Shown one piece after another: positions 60,223 to 64,000 of a stretch of 64,000 nucleotides of DNA; positions within the stretch are counted from its first letter, which is position 1, and every line of letters starts with the position of its first letter. The DNA is taken from contig OX597814.1 in assembly GCA_951406725.2 (NCBI GenBank), positions 70,184,001 through 70,248,000 of the forward strand, read 5' to 3'. The position numbers and the translations under genes are program-made. Origin of the DNA: Octopus vulgaris (lineage: Eukaryota). The notes beneath the pieces were generated by a model. That model was not told the origin of the DNA. It saw only the letters and a program-made list of their open reading frames with translations, and did not search any database.

Positions 60223-62410
60223 CATCATCATCATCATCATCATTTAACATACGTTGTCCATGATGGCATGGCTTGAACAGTTTGACCAGGGCTGGTAAGC
60301 TGAAGGGCTACGGCATATTCCAATCTGATTTGGCATGGTTTCTACAGCTGAATTCCCTTCCTAACACCAACCACTACAAGAGTGTAATGCATGACACTAA
60401 TATCTACCACAACTACGATTTCACTTGGTTTGATGAGTCTTCTCAAGCATAGCATATTGCCAAATGTCTCAGTCATTTGTCATTGCTTCCATGTGGCCCA
60501 ACACTTAAAAGGTATTTTTTACATGCCAGTTGCCTCCAAGAGGCCCAACACTTGAAAGGTGCTTTGTATGTACCACCTGCACAGGTTCAAGTTATGTGAC
60601 ACTGGCATTGGCCACATTGCCTCTGTGAGTACCAACACTTGACAGATGCTTTTTGCATGCCACTGCTACAGGTGCCAGGTACATGACACCAACATTGGCC
60701 ACATTGCCTACATGAGGCCCAATGCTCAAAAAATACTTTTTACATGCCACTGGCATGGATGCCAGTTATGTGACACTGGCATCTGCTATGAATATGATTT
60801 CACTCAGCTTGACAGGTCTTCTTAAGCATGGCATATCACCAAAGGTCTCGGTCACTAGTCATTGCCTCTGTGAGGCCCCAAGTTCGAAGATCATGTTTCA
60901 CCACCTCCCTTGTCTTCTTGGGTCTATCTCTTCCACAGGTTCCCTCCACAGTTAGAGATCAGCACTTTTTACACAGCTGTCCTCATCCATACACATCACA
61001 TAACCATACCAACACAGTTGTCTCTCTTGCACACCACATCTTTTATCTCAAGACGCTTCCACTCTGTCATACATGCTCACTGACATTACACATCCAGCAA
61101 AGCATGTTAGCTTCATTTCTTTCAAGCCTACCTATATCCTCGGTGGTCATAGCCCATGTTTCACTGCTGTGTAGCACAGCTGTTGATACACAAGCATGAT
61201 ATAGTCTGCCTTTCACTCTGAGGGAGAGGCCCTTTGTTGACAACAGAGGTAGGAGCTCTCTGAACTTTGCCCAGCCTACTCTTATTGTTGCAGCTATGCT
61301 CTTAGAGTATCCACCACCACTACTGATTTAGTCATCTAGATAACAGAAGCTATCAACTACATCTAGCTTATCCTAGGTGCATTTGCTGGGATCTCTTTTC
61401 TGTACATTTTTAGTCTTTATTGTACCTGTGCATCTTCCACACACATTTTCCAGTGAACATGCCTCTGATATTGCTAAACCTCTTATGTGTACAGCTTATA
61501 GAATTGCTGCCTATGCCTTTCCTACAGATCAAGCATGGCAATCTATCTGATGGGATTTGTGATTTGTCTTGTCTTCCTACTTACTAAGACTTTGGTGTTT
61601 GCTAGGTTAACTCTTAGGTCCTTTGATTCTAGACCTTTCTTCCATACCTGGAATTTCTTCTCTAGTTGTGGTAGTGATTCAGTTATAAGAAAAAGGTCAT
61701 CAGCATAGAGGAGCTCCCAGGGTCAGCCTATCTTAAATTCCTCTGTTATTGCCTGGATGGCTATGATGAACAAGAGGGGTCTGAGCATTGATCCTTGGTG
61801 AATCCCTACTTATACCCTGAATTCATCATTAGTTACCAACCCTCACCTTACTGACAGCATCCCCATACATGTCTTGTACAGCTCTCACCAACCACTCATC
61901 TATCCCTAGTTGCCACATTGACCACCAGATACAAGATTGGAGGACCCTGTCAGAGGCTTTCTCCATGTCAATGAAAGCCAAGTACAGAGGTTTGTCTTTG
62001 GCTAGGTACTTCTGAAGCTGCATTACCAGAAATACAACATCAGTGGTGCTTCTCCTTGGCACAAAACCAAACTGTATCTCATCTAGATTAAACCTACCCC
62101 TAATTAGTTGGGCTATGACCCTCTCTGTAACTTTCATCACCTGATCCAACAATTTGATACTTATGTGTTTATTTCTACCTAAGGTATCACCTTTACCTTT
62201 GTAGTAGTTGACTATAGTACTGCTACACCAGTCATTGTGTATGACTCCTTCATGTACAACTTGATCAACTATACTGGTGACTAGACCATATCCCATATCG
62301 CCAAATATTTTAAGCATCTCAGCAGTTATTCCAGGTGGGCCAGGGGCTTTTTCTGTCTTCATATCCTTCATAGCTTTGTCTACAATGCTTCTGTCTATTC
62401 AAACTATAAC
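60223..62410 (-). mobile_element. Older RTE LINE, RT plus 3' UTR
   Basis: ORF 61829-62371 (KAPGPPGITAEMLK...DMEKA); (CAT)n tail. Confidence 0.92.
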
Positions 62411-62504
62411 ACTAACAAAAATATTAAACCTTCTCTAAAATATACTTTTGTGCCTTTTCCAACTTTATTTACTCTTTAAACTATATATATATATATATAT
62501 ATAT

Positions 62505-64000
62505 ATGGGCATGTTGGATGGCAATCTGGTATCTTCCATGGTGTACATGGGGCCATGGAATTGGTTCCCAAAATGAAGATGGTACAAGGCTACTGGAGTT
62601 CTATGATGCATATAACCTATTGATCTGCAACACCAACTTCAGGAAGCCAGCCAACCACCTATCAATCAGGTGACTGTGCTAGCCAGATGGATTGTATTCT
62701 CACCAGACAGCAGGATGCATGGTTACTTTTAAATACAAAGACCCTCCCTGGTGAAGAATGTACTCCACAGCATAGACTAATTGTTAGTGACTTTAGACTC
62801 CAGCCAGAAGGATGCCAAGAAGCATACCAATCTGGAAAAGAAAGATTTGGAAACTTAAAGACCCTTCATATGGTCAGAGATTTAGGGACATCCTAATTGA
62901 GAAATTTGATTAGAGAGGAGGAGCTACAGACTTGTGACTTAGAGGGCAACTGGGAATTCCTGCAGGACAGCTTGCTGAGTGCCACAGACCAAATCTGTGG
63001 TTGGTACAAAGTCCCTTCCAAACCTAGGGTAATGTAGTGGTGGAATGATACTGTAGACAGGGCCATTAAAGCAAAGAAACAGGCCTGGAAGAGAGTGGAT
63101 AGCAGGGAACTGTATCAGATAACCAGAAGGGAAGCTGGGGGAGAGGTATATATAGCCAAGGTAGAAGCAAAAAAGAAGCTTGCCTGTGTTCAGCGACATG
63201 AGCACTAAAGTATTTTGGATTGTAAGACAGTGTGTGAGAGAAGGTGTAGGAGTGGCTGTGTAGTAAATAGCTTGCTTACAAACCACATGGTTCTAGGTTC
63301 AGTCCCACTGCATGGCACCTTGGGCAAGTGTCTTCTATTATAGCCTCGGGCCAACCAAAGCCTTGTGAGTGGATTTGGTAGACGGAAACTGAAAGAAGCC
63401 TGTTGTATATATCTATATGTATGTGTGTTTGTGTGTCTGTGTTTGTCCCCCCAACATCGCTTGACAACTGATGCTGATGTGTTTACGTCCCCGTAACTTA
63501 GTGGTTCGACAAAAGAGACCGATAGAATAAGTACTAGGCTTACAAAGAAAAAGTCTTGGGGTCGATTTGCTCAACTAAAGGTGGTACTCCAGCATGACTA
63601 CAGTCACATGACTGAAACAAGTAAAAGAGTATGTCATAGGAGAGAAATGCATCTGCATGGATGATGGTGCACTTGCATTTAATGATTCTGGAAAGAAAGA
63701 GGCCTGGAGATGCCATTATGAAAGAGTGCTGAATGCGGAAAATGAATGAGAGGAGGAGAGTCTGCCAAATGTTGAGCCAATTGAGGACCAGCTACCCAAA
63801 TTGACAGTACCCTGGGAGATTAAGTAATTAAGGATATGAAGACAAGGAAAACTTCCAGTCCATCAGGAGTCACTTCTAAGATGCTTAAAATATCAGGCAG
63901 TGTGGGTTATAGTCTAGTCACCCATATTGTAAATCAGGTGGTTCACAAAGGAGTCATACCCAATGATTGTTGTAGCAACACCATTGTCAACTGCTATAAA
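62505..64000 (+). mobile_element. Older RTE LINE (endonuclease end to RT start) running off the window, interrupted by a SINE
   Basis: PGEECTPQHRLIVSDF; collinear with 53700-54835. Confidence 0.9.
63243..63630 (+). mobile_element. Full-length tRNA-derived SINE nested in RTE
   Basis: Head GGAGTGGCTGTG...GGTTCAGTCCC, body ACCTTGGGCAAGT, tail GTAAAAGAG. RTE sequence resumes on both sides. Confidence 0.9.

Noticed and set aside
63243-63320. tRNA gene
   Set aside because: It is a tRNA-like SINE head without a complete cloverleaf, continuous with the SINE body.
60223-64000. Single RTE with a 5' inversion (twin priming)
   Set aside because: The two parts overlap in element coordinates by about 200 bp with different substitutions and are separated by unrelated sequence. 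Two insertions is the simpler reading.

Overview
Eukaryotic, AT-rich and repeat-dense DNA, most likely octopus (coleoid cephalopod), inferred from the RTE LINE, tRNA-SINE and microsatellite repertoire. Most of the window appears to be intron of one plus-strand host gene. Three phase-compatible exons (11262-11331, 13099-13386, probably 43107-43151) encode a segment resembling the C-terminal tail of CARMIL/LRRC16. The rest is a layered mobile-element landscape: about 14 copies or fragments of one RTE LINE family (two near full length), a BovB-like RTE, a HERO/NeSL-type RLE LINE, several Penelope-like remnants, two Gypsy LTR remnants, two mellifera-type mariners, a near-intact DD37D (maT) transposon, piggyBac derivatives, Helitron-type elements, SINEs and MITEs. 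The most notable signals are (i) an apparently intact type I hammerhead ribozyme, its inverted damaged twin and several other hammerhead-like motifs in Penelope-type repeats, (ii) a C4HC3 PHD-type finger embedded inside the RTE reverse transcriptase, (iii) an LTR element whose ORF has no recognisable gag or pol, and (iv) inverted RTE copies bracketing the host exons. Boundaries were read by eye and no database search was run.
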